A DNA stretch of 62,715 nucleotides, counting the filler. It is 6 parts of 6 records of this genome, joined end to end, with 100 filler letters (N's around TTAATTAATTAA, not from the genome) between each part and the next. Parts side by side here need not be neighbours in the genome. Positions count along the whole stretch, not along the records: positions 19,174 to 25,358 come from DRR378314_1461; positions 25,459 to 34,238 come from DRR378314_1463; positions 34,339 to 40,765 come from DRR378314_1464; 3 more parts are not named here. The stretch is one strand, 5' to 3'. The position numbers were made by a program, and so were the translations under genes. Under the pieces are notes generated by a model that searched no databases, was not told where the DNA came from, and was given only the letters and a program-made list of their open reading frames with translations. Positions 19,314-38,361 of the stretch are shown here, piece by piece (position 1 is the first letter of the stretch; every line of letters begins with the position of its first letter).

Positions 19314-21688
19314 CTGGAGTGACACAAAAGACGCCGTATCCGCACTCATGTCGGGCAATTTCCCGGAGACGGGAAGAAAGCCTCCGCCTTCCGCGTGTAC
19401 AAACTCGCGCAGCGCTCGAGCCACGACCCACACATCCGCCGTTCCGCTCTGCAGCGCTTCGCATTGCGGATGTGCGAAGATACTTGCGATTCCCGACGGA
19501 ATCGGAACCGCTGCGTAGGCGCGAAACGCGTTTTTCGCCGCCTCGATGAAATTCTCTTCTTCCGGTGACCGCGCAGCGTCGCGCACGTACGCACGAAAGC
19601 CGTCTTTCTCGTCTCGTGTCGCTGGAACGCGCCCTTGATGCGCGTCTTTCCACGCCTGCAGCAATTTGACGAGAACGAGCAGCCACGGAACGTGCGCGTG
19701 CGCGTAATCGTCCATGGCGTCGAGGTCGATCGCGGCGGCGAGGTCAACGACACCGGGAATGGGCGATGCAATGCGAAGGTCTTCGGTGTCGTTCTCCGGT
19801 TTCGCCTCGAGCACCCAGTGGTTCCCCAACGAGCACCGGAGCGACCCAATGAGCCCCAGAGTGCGCGTGTAAAAGAGCGGAATCCCGCGCGATTGGCACA
19901 TATCGTCCAGAGCGAGCAGCACCGACTCCGGGAGCTGCAGCGCGACATCGCACGAGCAAAAAAAAAAGAGAGAGAGAAAAGGTATGTACGATCGGAGCAC
20001 TACAGGTAGCGAACGAGGCGCTTGAGCATAGCGTTTGGCGCGAAGAGCATCGCCACGCGCTCACATATGCGCAGTGGCAGCATTATCGCCTTGAACGGCG
20101 AATGGGGAATGGTGGCGAAGCGGAGTGGAGAGTGAATGGCGCTGAAACGCCCATTGAGTGACCTCGCGACCGCAAATCGCTGGTTTACCCATTTGCCGCA
20201 CATCAAGACGCATTAGTAAGCGAACGTTACGCTTTCACTCGATGACGACTTTCGAATGCAAAAGCGCTAGTTTGTGTGCACGTAGTCTCACTTTCTCTAC
20301 CTCCCTGAACCAAGAGGAGAGACAAAAACTCAGTCACACGCGAAACGACTCGGCCAACATGAATCGCAGCACGGAGCTATCTCCCCGTTATTTCATGATG
20401 AAACTACAGGGAGTACAATGATAGACTGACGCCGCACCAGCACGCCAGTAGAAAGGGCGCGCACGATGCAGCGGTGGGGGAAATCACGACCCTGAAAGAG
20501 ACGGTGTAGAACAGGCACTCTGGCGCACGTGATCGGTGTCCAAGAGAACATGGTACGTCCGAAACTCGACAGAGCCACGCCGCTGCTCCTGTGTTGCATT
20601 CCGCGAGCGGACACCAAAAACCAACGGCCCAAGTGCTGTGCAACACATACCTGGGACACCAACACAACATCAAAGGGGGCTAGGAAATCACTGCCGGAAG
20701 CGACAAGCACAGCAGGATCTTCTTCAATGTACGCGCCGCTCACGGTCTCGTTGAGCTCGGACAGGTGCTCGACGACTGCGCGGCACAGCGGCTGACCAAC
20801 CCACTCCTCCGAAACGAAAAAATTCCCCCCAACATCCGCAGGAGAAACCTGAAGGAACAACCAGGCCATGCACTCGTTCGTAAGTACCTCGTCGGCGAAC
20901 TCGAAAGCGCTGTGGAGCGAGAACCGTGCAGGAAGCGTGCGAAACACCGTTTGCTGTGACGCAGTGCTCGGGAAAGCTCACTCGCGCCGCGCGTGTCAGC
21001 GACGAAGCACAAGTCCCGTGCATCCGCATTCACGCTGCATACGTATACAATTATGCGCACCTTCCTATGATCCACGACGGTGAACGAGCCGATACCGGGG
21101 AGCACCAGATTCTTGAGCGTCTCGCATATCGTCACTGTGGCGCCAAGCGCGCACACGTGCGCGTGCTCGAGCGCGCTCTGCCCACGCTCGCCCCACAACC
21201 TGCGCAAAGCGCATTCCGCAGCGCAAAACGCACGATGCGCAAATAAGCCCAATACATTCGTCAATCATAATGAAAATGCAGAAGCACAAGCTCAGCGGCA
21301 GTGAGGGAAAGGGAAACTCAGACATTAGCGCGAGAAAGGTGAGCCTTGGCGCGTGCTCGTGGACAGAAAAAAAAAGACATGAGCAGCTCGGACGAGCACC
21401 GCAATACGAAAAAAAAGCGGGTACGCCCAAGCACAATAAAAACGTCTCGTTCATTGGAGTGTTGCAGTTTTCCTGCGTTTCAAGATGGCGATAGCTGACG
21501 TGGAACGCGAATCAGCCGGTGGGCACGCGAAGTGGTCGAACGAGCGCCGTCGCGCTCCACGCACGGCTGCGCGGGAAGGAGCGCAAGCGCGCCGCCGCAC
21601 CGCGCGTTTCACTGCCGCGGACAACGCAGCACTACGAAACGAACCGGAGCTGTCGATCGTACTTCTCCCTCGACGACGATTCAGACAT
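19314..21688 (-). CDS. NAE1: NEDD8-activating enzyme E1 regulatory subunit (APP-BP1/ULA1/AXR1), spliced, 3' part missing
   Basis: GT-AG exons 21688-21645, 21199-21061, 20848-20651 and 19934-19314 join in frame: KYDRQLRLWG...[18 protein letters not shown]...GNFFV...HAHVPW...EENFIEA...[14 protein letters not shown]. Confidence 0.93.
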
Positions 21689-21994
21689 CGTGCTTGCGTT
21701 CTTCGTTGCTACCCCTCTGTACGCAGGTACTTGGGCGGCGGCCGATCTCCCGGGGCACCAGCGAGCGAGCAACGAAAACCGTCCCGAGCGGCGAAAGCTC
21801 TTCCCCGATCAGCCAGCGCATATATACTCCACGATCCTTGCATTGCCGCCATCCTTTGAAGACCCTATACGAATGATACATATGAACAAGGTGTTTGACT
21901 ATAGAAGTTCGCTACTCTCTCCCGCAGCCCTTGTGTGCTTGCGACCGCCACAGAGAGGGCGCGCTGTGCGCACCGCTCCAAGCCATCGTATTTC

Positions 21995-25296
<3,302 letters not shown>

Positions 25297-25358
25297 GTGC
25301 GAGAATCGAGAGCGAAGTGAGATCGTCGCGCGTTTCAACGTACTAATGGCACCTCTTC

Positions 25359-25458
25359 NNNNNNNNNNNNNNNNNNNNNNNNNNNNNNNNNNNNNNNNNN
25401 NNTTAATTAATTAANNNNNNNNNNNNNNNNNNNNNNNNNNNNNNNNNNNNNNNNNNNN
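25359..25458. other. Artificial contig spacer
   Basis: Same N44-TTAATTAATTAA-N44 linker. Confidence 0.98.
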
Positions 25459-27612
25459 ACCTTGCTGCCGCTCTTCACGCGGCGCCAGTGGCACCGAGCC
25501 CAAGTCGGCTTGGTGGTGCTGCAGTTCTTGGCAGCGCCGTTCCAGGCCCACTTGCCGGCCTTGTTTTGGCACCACATGCGCAGGCAGTGCTTGCTGCCGC
25601 TCTTTGTCCAGCGCCACTCGCACTTTTTCCACTTGCCACCGCCGGACTTGCCTCCGCGGCACAACTGCGACTTGCTCACCAAAGACCAGATCTTCTTGAC
25701 GCGCGCCAACTCGCGCGAAACCAGCTTCAGCTGCTCCTTGGCACACGCGGATCCGCCAGCAGCATTCTTGCACGACGACCGGACCTGCTCAAGCTCGCGA
25801 ATCTGTGCCGTAACAGATTTCTGCTCCGCTTGCAGCTCCTTGATCAGACGATCAATCAGCGTCTGCAGACGCGAATGGTGGTTCTTGCTCAGGCGGTCAG
25901 CGGCTTCGCCAAGTACACCATGCTCTTCCAGAGTGTTTTCGAGCAAGCTCTGCTCCTCGTCACTGAGCACAGCCTTGCTTCGCACAAAGCTGCTGATTTG
26001 TTTGAGAACCTTGAGCTGCTCATCCGCACTTGCGAGCTGTGAGCGCAATCCGGCCAAACGCGCCGTCATGACACCAGGGCGGCTGCACAGCACACGCGCT
26101 CTCTCGGCGTTCTTCACCATCGCGCCCTTGGCCTTGTGCTCCCGCACCACCGAGTTGTAAACAGTGCGAACATACGAGCACGCCTGGGACTTGCCCGCAA
26201 GCTCGCCCAGAAAGGCTACATCGCCATTGGTGAATTCGGTCCCAATATCGTTCTTGATGATCGAGTCCAGGTGAGCAGCGAGGCGGGCCTCTGGAGGAAG
26301 AGCGGGCAGCGGCAACCCAACAACGCGCATCATACGGTTGAGCAAACAACCGAGCGGCGTGCGAGCTACATTGACAGCGAGAAACCCTTGCATACGCTGA
26401 GCCCCACCATAAGCAAGCACAGGCCGCGGGCTTTGTGCAAGAGCGCCAAGAGCAACATCGATGCGCCTTGGCATTCACACGCCGCGCGTTAGTACATGAA
26501 AAATCGCGAAGCAACCCCGGTGGCTTCCCTTCTAAGCGAGTGCGCGGGCCGGAAAAAAGAAAAAGAATACGTGCGCGCACGGTAAGCGCAGGGACGCACT
26601 GGGGCGTACGTGCTCACCTACGGCACCAACACGCACAACACACACAAAACTGGAGCTGCCTACGTCATCTTGTCACCATATATACAGTGAATGATCTTGC
26701 CTACTTGGTCAAGAAGCAATTCTGAGCTTTCCGCAAGCCCTAGATTCCCATTGTTGCGTTGACGATGCGCTATTTGGCCTTCAAGGGAGATTTTTCTAGC
26801 GCACTCTTACAGGGATAGCAAGCACAAAAGATGAAACACTCAGCTTTGCAGTAAAGAAACTCGTTAATAGAAAACGATCCCACGCCACACGCAGAACTCA
26901 CTGCCACAGGTATGGAATAACCGCGGTTCATCCGCGCAGGGCGCGAAAAGGCAGTGCCACAGAAGATGGAGCAGCTCAACCTAAGTGCCCCTGGAGAGGG
27001 TCTATGGTTCTCAAAAACCTTGCAAAGCCAACGCAAATCTTCGCCAAGCCGGGACGGAAAGCGACAGCGAGCGTGCAACCATCAACCCCGAAAACGCCAG
27101 CGTCAAACACCCGCATCACGCAGTGCAGCGCCGCAGTGGTTGCACTGCGTCGCGGCGGCTCGTAGGCTCCACCTCCTCCACGGACACTCTTCTTTCGCCA
27201 CCATGCCAAACCAAAACCTTCCCAAATTCATCTATTGCGTTTCGGCAACGCGCGCGAGCTTGCTTGAAAAATGCAATCGTCGAGGAAATAGGAGCGGCTG
27301 CGGCAGCTTGCTACAGGTACCGGGGACCACGGAGAAGAACGTCCTGCGTGGACGAGCCCGCTGCCAACGCCGCCGGATAACGTCAACCACGAGGAGCCGC
27401 CTGCGTGTAGCGTGGCTCCAAGGGGCCCCCGTCCGTGTCACGTCGCCCTTCGCACAGACGCAACCGTCCGCAAAAATGCTTCTCATGTGCGATCTTCCAG
27501 CTCAACAGAACTATCCGCACTCAACACAAGTGTTTGCATTCATGAGCGTACCGTTGCCGACAGCGAAAGTCGCAATTGATGCTGCAACAAGAGCAAAGAT
27601 AACAAGACGCAT
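25459..27612 (-). CDS. Unrecognised secreted protein: coiled coil plus Trp/Cys/Lys-rich repeat (partial)
   Basis: Exon 27612-27552 encodes MRLVIFALVAASIATFAVGN (signal peptide, GTACGC donor). It is phase-compatible with the acceptor CTTCCTCCAG at 26291, and the frame stays open from 26290 to the contig end. The exon link is inferred. Confidence 0.6.
25461..25604 (-). repeat. Intragenic repeat with a 129-nt (43-aa) period
   Basis: CTTGCTGCCGCTCTT occurs at 25461-25475 and 25590-25604. The protein reads WKKCEWRWTKSGSK and WARCHWRRVKSGSK. Confidence 0.7.
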
Positions 27613-30048
27613 CTTGAATCCCTCGCAGTAGTTGCGAAACTTTACAAATTTACGAGATGCCTTACGCAGCACCGAGGGCGCCCCAGCACACCAGCGTCGT
27701 GGCTTTCAAGAAGCGGAATTGCGGTAGCACCACGGCAGAAAGCAGGGACCCGGTCTCTCGGTTCCCTGGGTATTCTTTGACTGGCACGGAGCCCCTGCGA
27801 CACGTCACCGCGTGCTACAAAAAATCGCAATCCGACGCGCACAGAGAGAGGCAGCGTCCCAGCCCTTGTGACGAATGCGAACCCGAGCGTTGGCACAGTG
27901 CAAACTACAGCCGCTGGAGAGAAATGCAAGTCGGAAACACCCCAGCACATTAAGGGAAAAGGGTAATGTAATTGAAGACTATCTGAAATTAGCAAGCAAA
28001 CCAGTCAAACGCGAAGACTCAGCGGAGAGCAAGAGCAAAAGGATGCCGGAATCCTGGCGTTTCCTTCACGTTCTGCCGCAGGACCGCGCGGCCGGCGTCG
28101 GGCGCGCTACCAGCACTGTGGTGTGGGAGCTGCCTGCGCTCGATGTGCAAGCTAGTGCTGCCGCGCACCCGCCCCAGCACGTTCGGACGATACAGGTGCC
28201 ACACCGAATTCCCGCCCGTTTGCAAAGGACGTCGCTCAGCAAAACCAATAAAGCTATATTGTGGCATGGTGCATCCATTCGGCAGGGATAAGACGCGTCG
28301 CTCACGTGCGCAATAGCCTTCGTCCGAACCCGTGCTCGAACGCATGCCGAGGCAGCCTGTGGCGCGCCGGTTGCGGAAGCCCGCATCGCCGTAAAGTCTC
28401 CGCGGCCAAACCTGCCAAGCGTGAGAGGCCGCCACCTCAATCTCGCGCGCTGCGATCTCGGGAGAAAAAGAAAATGCATAGCTCTGTTTGCTCTCCTACC
28501 GATGCAGTAGTATCTCAGAAATGAGAAGTATCTATCATAGTATACTCTCAGCGTGCACCTTGGTCTCTCTTGGGAGGACGTGTCCATACAACTTGCACAA
28601 CGTGACGCGGCACCCGCGGACGGAGAGCCGCGCGTCGCCGGCGCCGCTTTCGGCCCTCGCGCGTGGGGAGCGCGGGCGCCGAGCTGCGCGCTTGGAGCGA
28701 ATGCAGAGCCGCCGGTCCGCGGCTGCCGCGCACGCTCTGAATAGCGCCTGCTCCCTCTTAGAAACAGCTTCATCTGCTCTTCTCTAGCGCCTCACAGACC
28801 CTCGAACAACCATTTAAAAGACAAGCCGGTCTTGACCAGCGAGAAAAATTACAAGGACGAGCGACAGCACGTGCGACAACGCGTGGGCGCCGCGGAGAGG
28901 CTTGCTTTCCCTGGAGGAACCAGGAGCGTTGGCGATGGTGCGCAAAGTTTGCGCGACAGCGCCCGGGACTATCCAGCGCGCACCGCAACGCTGACGCACA
29001 CCGCCCTAGCGCTGCCTCGCTCCGGACAGGCCCACGCCGTCCAAAATATCCTGGTCTATCACACGTGCAGAGAAAACAGCGCTGTAGTGGGTTTTGTGGA
29101 CGCGACTGGATGGCATGGTGGGCGGGGAAGGGGGAGCCTGCGCAACGACAGCGCGACACGCGGCACTGGCCGCTCTACAGCGAAAGGAGCTCGGGCCAGT
29201 CGTGGCTGGACGCGCTGCTCGCTGCAGCGGCCCGTCCGCACGCGCGCCGCAGGAAAGGAGCGCCAAGGCTCTCGCGACCTGGCGTGAAGAGTACCGCGGC
29301 GCCGCAATGCTTCCTTCCGTGCAGCGCGCCATACGCTGGCTCAACTTGCCACCGTCACCAGAGCAACGCATCGCGGCTGGGCGACCTTGCTTTAGCAGCG
29401 CGTTTCCAACCAATTCAGAAGGAAATGGCGTCGCCGGGCGGCTGCGTCCACTACCAGGCAGGAAGAAACCTCACGCGATAGAGGCCGCCGCTTCAAGCAT
29501 GTGTGCGCAGAGGCGAGAATACGACCACTTTGCTGACCGCAGAACAAAAAAAATTATCCTGCCGCACTTCCCGACTCCATTCAGAGTGAAACTGCTCATT
29601 TACTTCACTCAAAAAACAGCAGAGGGTCCCCAAGATCCTACATCGGGCCGCAGCAAGATCGGGTGGACGATCGGCAGGGCAGAGCTGCACGAGAACAGAT
29701 TCTCCCGACACGCGCGGAGAGCACCCAAGGAGCTTCCTGCCCACGCAGGAGATTCTGGCCAAACGCAATAACGAACAAACCGTCACCACAACGAAATCCC
29801 GTATGATGCACATCCTTGTCTTACGAGGCGAACTGGCGAAGCGCTTCGACGCCAACACTGCGCGTCCAACCTGCAGCAGATCTCCGCGCCGGCAACCGCG
29901 ATTCCAGCATAGACAACAGGTCTGCCGCTACAAACCAGCGCGGAAGAGATGAAACGCCGTTGCACCTGCATGCCACCCATATAATGCGACGCACTGCGCT
30001 GCGAAGGTGCAGAGCGATACACGCATGCACACAGCTACATCACCACCA

Positions 30049-34037
<3,989 letters not shown>

Positions 34038-34238
34038 CTGCAGAGCACAAATCGGGGACGGGCGCAAAGGGCACAAGTGAGCTGTAGAAACAGCCGACGC
34101 CCGCAGCGCCCTCCCAACCCACGTGCCGAGACGGAGGACTTGTGCGAGAGATGCAAATACACACTTACCCAAACGCGCCAATCAAGCGCAGAACCACAGA
34201 GCGGGAGCATCGGAAAAACAAGTCGCGATCGAAAGCAG

Positions 34239-34338
34239 NNNNNNNNNNNNNNNNNNNNNNNNNNNNNNNNNNNNNNNNNNNNTTAATTAATTAANNNNNN
34301 NNNNNNNNNNNNNNNNNNNNNNNNNNNNNNNNNNNNNN
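34239..34338. other. Artificial contig spacer
   Basis: Same linker. Confidence 0.98.
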
Positions 34339-34831
34339 AGCCAGCGCGCTGCTCGATAAGCTGCCTGCGCCACGCGGCTTGGTGCTGATTGGCACAGGTG
34401 GGCAATTTTGTAGCGATGACGGCGTGAGCAAAGCCGAGCTTGCCAGCTTTCAGCGCGCCTTTAGCCGCGACCCCGACGCCACCTGGCGGCATTTTTTACG
34501 CTGGCAAACCCAAGGCGAACCTAACGCTCGCCACGCCCACCAACAGCTACGTGCCATGTTGGGCGACACCCCCAGTGCTACTAACAGCACCCTATCCCAA
34601 GGGCTTCACTGGCTTGCCACCCTGGATAACACCCAGCGTTTGCAAGAGGCGCCCTGTCCGGTCATTCAGCTAGTGGGCGAGTACGATCCGTTAGTATCTT
34701 CCAGCACCCGCGCTCAGGCGATTAACCTTGCCCACGCAGGACACTGCCCGATGCTTTCCCAACCTGCTCAACTAGTCGCGACCATCGCTTCCCAGGCCGC
34801 ACTGGTCGCCAAGGAGCACGTATGTACCTAA
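34339..34831 (+). CDS. bioH: Pimeloyl-ACP methyl ester esterase, 5' truncated
   Basis: Alpha/beta-hydrolase C-terminal half (GEYDPLV, AGHCPMLS) directly upstream of bioC. Confidence 0.75.
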
Positions 34832-35595
34832 CGGCAACGCCAAACTGGCAGGCAAAAGTCGCCCACGCTTTTTCTCGCGCGGCACCCCGCTACGATGCGC
34901 TGGCCAGCGCTCAGCGCCAGATAGGGGAAACGCTATGGTCATCGCTTCCGCCTAATGCCGAAAACATACTCGACCTTGGCTGTGGTACTGGCGTCTGGAC
35001 ACAACGACTAGCCACTCAATTTCCCCATGCCAACGTCACTGGGCTGGATATTGCCCCTGGCATGCTCGCTCACGCCCAGGCACGTTATGGCCATCATATT
35101 CGTTGGCAGCAAGGCGATGCCGCCGCGCTGCCTTTTGAGCGCGCCACCTTTGATCTGATATTTTCCAACCTCGCTATCCAGTGGTGCCGCGATATCGATG
35201 CGGTGATGCGCGAGCTTCAACGAGTGCTGTCCCCTGGCGGCCAAGTGCATCTCACGACGCTCTTACCCGGCACGTTGGCTGAAGTCGCCACGGCTTGGCA
35301 GCGCCCGGAGGCATTACTGCAAACGCCTAATGCCCAAGCGCTTGAACGCGCCGTTGCCTCAAGCGGCTTAACGCTGGTTGATCGCATTACCGAGTGGCGG
35401 CGGTTTTACTACCCCGATCTCACTGCCGTCATGGCTTCAATCAAGGGGGTAGGCGCCCAGGTAGCGCGGCCCAAGGCACGCCTTACCCGCCGAGACCTGG
35501 TCGCCGCCCGCCAGCGTTTTGAAACGCTACGTGAACCCCAAGGGCTCCCCGTTAGCTACCACTGCATCACCCTGCGCTTGGAAAAATCACCATGA
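34822..35595 (+). CDS. bioC: Malonyl-ACP O-methyltransferase
   Basis: VAHAFSRAAPRYD, LDLGCGTG, SNLAIQW and SIKGVGA motifs; bio operon context. Confidence 0.92.
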   Translation: MYLTATPNWQAKVAHAFSRAAPRYDALASAQRQIGETLWSSLPPNAENILDLGCGTGVWTQRLATQFPHANVTGLDIAPGMLAHAQARYGHHIRWQQGDAAALPFERATFDLIFSNLAIQWCRDIDAVMRELQRVLSPGGQVHLTTLLPGTLAEVATAWQRPEALLQTPNAQALERAVASSGLTLVDRITEWRRFYYPDLTAVMASIKGVGAQVARPKARLTRRDLVAARQRFETLREPQGLPVSYHCITLRLEKSP

Positions 35596-36317
35596 CCGCC
35601 TATTTCGTAACCGGCACCGATACCGATGCAGGTAAGACCCTGGCCACCAGCGCACTGCTGTGCGCTGCCAAACAGCAGCAACTCAGCACGCTGGGGCTTA
35701 AGCCGATTGCCTCTGGCAGCCACATCACGGCGGATGGGCTGCGCAATAGCGACGCGTTGGCGCTACAACAACAGAGCGCTCCCCCCGTCGATTACACCAC
35801 CGTTAACCCGTGGGCGTTTGCGCCCGCTATTGCGCCACATCTGGCCGCCAGCGAGGCGGGGCGCGCTCTTAACGTCAACAACGTAGTGGCCTCGCTTACC
35901 GCCACCCTAAACGACATGCCGCGCGATTTAACGCTCATTGAAGGCGCTGGCGGCTGGCGTGTGCCACTCAATGAGCACAACGACTTTTCCGATATACCGC
36001 GGATGATGCAGCTGCCAGTCATTCTGGTCGTGGGACTAAAACTTGGCTGTCTTAATCATGCGCGGCTTACCGCGGAGGTGATCACTGCCGATGGCCTAAC
36101 CCTTGCGGGCTGGATCGGCAGTGTAGTGGACCCTGAGTTCGCCTCTGATACAGCGCGCTTTGAGGCCAACATCGCGCTGCTTAAAAACGCCCTTAACGCG
36201 CCATGTCTAGGCATTATTCCTCATTTAGCCACCGCCGATGCCACCCATGCGCGCCACGCGCTTTCACTATCTGCACTGCTCAACACTTCAGTTTTGAATC
36301 AGGAAGCCGCTTTATGA
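35592..36317 (+). CDS. bioD: Dethiobiotin synthase
   Basis: FVTGTDTDAGKT, KPIASG, IEGAGG and LGCLNHA motifs. Confidence 0.96.
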   Translation: MTAYFVTGTDTDAGKTLATSALLCAAKQQQLSTLGLKPIASGSHITADGLRNSDALALQQQSAPPVDYTTVNPWAFAPAIAPHLAASEAGRALNVNNVVASLTATLNDMPRDLTLIEGAGGWRVPLNEHNDFSDIPRMMQLPVILVVGLKLGCLNHARLTAEVITADGLTLAGWIGSVVDPEFASDTARFEANIALLKNALNAPCLGIIPHLATADATHARHALSLSALLNTSVLNQEAAL

Positions 36318-37585
36318 GTTCTCCCGTTTGGCACCCTTACGCCCACCTCAAAACACAAGCACCCGCCCCTAAAGTGGTCGGCGGCAGCGGTAGCCATTTC
36401 ACCCTGGAAAGCGGCGAGCAACTGCTCGACGCTACCTGCTCCTGGTGGTGCATGATTCATGGCTATGACCATCCACGTTTAGTCGCCGCCATTCGTGAAC
36501 AGGCAGGCGAGCTATGCCATGTCATGCTCGGTGGCCTCACCCATGATCCCGCCGACCAGCTTGCTCGGGAGCTCGTGCGCATCACCCCTGACGGCCTTAA
36601 TCACGTGTTTTACTCCGACAGCGGTTCAGTCGGGATGGAAGTGGCGATGAAAATGGCCCTGCAGTACCAGGTGCTCATCGGCCACCCCGAGAAGTGCAAG
36701 ATGCTTTCGTTAATGAAGGCCTACCATGGCGACACCACCGGCTGTATGGCGGTATGCGACCCTGAAGAAGGCATGCACAGCCTGTTCGCCAGCCTGCTTC
36801 CCCAACACCACTTCGCTCCCGCGCCCACCGCACCGTTTAACGCCACACCGGAACAGGTAGCCGACGATTTAGCGGCGCTGCGCGACGTACTGGCGAGCCA
36901 TCACCATGAGATTGCTGCCCTGCTGATGGAGCCGTTGTTACAGGCAGCAGGCGGGCTGAATATGACCTCGCCTGACTACCTGCGCGGCGCACGGGCGCTA
37001 TGCGATGAGTTTGGCGTGCTGCTGATTTTTGATGAAGTGGCCACCGGTTTTGGCCGCACGGGTAAGCTGTTTGCTGCCAATCACGCTGACGTGACACCAG
37101 ATATTATGGTGCTCTCTAAAGGACTAACCGGCGGCTATCTAGGCCATGCAGCAACCCTAGCCAACGACCGCGTTCACGATGCATTTGTTGGCGACAGCGC
37201 CCACCATGCCTTTATGCACGGCCCGACATTTATGGGCAATCCGCTGGCCTGCCGCGTCGCGCTGGAAAGCCTGCGCGTGTTTGAAGAGGAGCACTACCTG
37301 GATAAAATTGCGGCACTCAGCCAACAGCTTAGCCGAGCATTAATTGACGACTCCGCGCTGAACGCCCACCCAGCCGTGGCCGATGTGCGAGTGCTGGGTG
37401 CCACTGCGGTGATTGAAGCGCACTCCGCCGAGGCACTGAAAGGTGTCGGGCAGTTCGCCCGCGAGCGTGGTGTGTGGCTGCGCCCAATCGGCCGATGGCT
37501 GTACACCATGCCCGCTTATGTCGCCACCGACGCCGAAATAACTCAGATTACCGACGTAATGAAAGCCTGGTTTTTGAAGCGATAG
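36314..37585 (+). CDS. bioA: Adenosylmethionine-8-amino-7-oxononanoate aminotransferase
   Basis: ATG 36314 overlaps the bioD stop (ATGA). VWHPY, SWW, YHGDT, DEVATGFGRTG, SKGLTGG and HGPTFMGNPLAC motifs. Confidence 0.96.
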   Translation: MSSPVWHPYAHLKTQAPAPKVVGGSGSHFTLESGEQLLDATCSWWCMIHGYDHPRLVAAIREQAGELCHVMLGGLTHDPADQLARELVRITPDGLNHVFYSDSGSVGMEVAMKMALQYQVLIGHPEKCKMLSLMKAYHGDTTGCMAVCDPEEGMHSLFASLLPQHHFAPAPTAPFNATPEQVADDLAALRDVLASHHHEIAALLMEPLLQAAGGLNMTSPDYLRGARALCDEFGVLLIFDEVATGFGRTGKLFAANHADVTPDIMVLSKGLTGGYLGHAATLANDRVHDAFVGDSAHHAFMHGPTFMGNPLACRVALESLRVFEEEHYLDKIAALSQQLSRALIDDSALNAHPAVADVRVLGATAVIEAHSAEALKGVGQFARERGVWLRPIGRWLYTMPAYVATDAEITQITDVMKAWFLKR

Positions 37586-37614
37586 CTCTTAAAGCAATAG
37601 CTATTAGAGAACAC

Positions 37615-38328
37615 TCAAGGCAGCATCAAATTGCCCTGTCTGCGCCACTGATTGACCAAGGCAGGAACACCTTCACCTGCAGTGGTGTTAATCGCTAGAA
37701 CGCCCGGCGGTGTTAAGGCATCCGCGTCGGGGTCGACCAGCGCACACGGGGTATCCAGGTCAATATACGATAGCAGCGATGCTGCGGGCATAACCGCCAA
37801 AGACGTGCCCACCACCAGCAAAAAATCCGCCTGGCTAACAAGTTCGCAGGCATCTTCAAACAGCGGTACCGATTCACCGAACCATACGACATCCGGGCGC
37901 AGCTGGCTGCCTTTGTCGCACACATCGCCCAGCGCAATACCGCCTTTCGGCAGTGGATAGTGCAGCCGCGCATCCACTGAAGAGCGCGCCTTCAAAATCT
38001 CACCATGCAGATGCAACACATCTCGCGACCCTGCACGCTCATGCAGATCATCAATATTCTGCGTAACCACGCTGACTCTAAAGCCATCTTTTTCAAGCGC
38101 CGCCAGGGCTTTATGGGCAGCGTTGGGCTTGGCCTTACGAATTTGCTCCCGGCGCAGGTTATAAAACTCCAGCACCCGCTGAGGATCTCGCTGCCAGCCC
38201 GCAGGCGTGGCTACCTCTTCGACTGGGTGGTCTTCCCACAGGCCATCGCTGGCACGGAACGTTTTAATTCCACTCTCGGCGCTAATCCCTGAACCGGTAA
38301 AAACCACTAGGTGCGGTGTTGCTGTCAT
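37615..38328 (-). CDS. cobB: NAD-dependent protein deacylase (class III sirtuin)
   Basis: GSGISAESG, FYNLRR (YxxR), TQNIDDLHERAGS, HG, RPDVVWFGE and GTSL motifs. Confidence 0.92.
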   Translation of the reverse strand: MTATPHLVVFTGSGISAESGIKTFRASDGLWEDHPVEEVATPAGWQRDPQRVLEFYNLRREQIRKAKPNAAHKALAALEKDGFRVSVVTQNIDDLHERAGSRDVLHLHGEILKARSSVDARLHYPLPKGGIALGDVCDKGSQLRPDVVWFGESVPLFEDACELVSQADFLLVVGTSLAVMPAASLLSYIDLDTPCALVDPDADALTPPGVLAINTTAGEGVPALVNQWRRQGNLMLP

Positions 38329-38361
38329 GTTTTCCTCGACTAAATCACTGCTTACTGTTTC

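Noticed and set aside
27650-30000. Short overlapping ORFs in the protist intergenic region
   Set aside because: No recognisable motifs and no consistent exon chain found; a divergent gene or TE relic cannot be excluded.
37615-38328. Sir2 domain as an anti-phage NADase (Thoeris/DSR-type)
   Set aside because: A stand-alone canonical CobB-type deacylase in a housekeeping context, with no partner defence genes.
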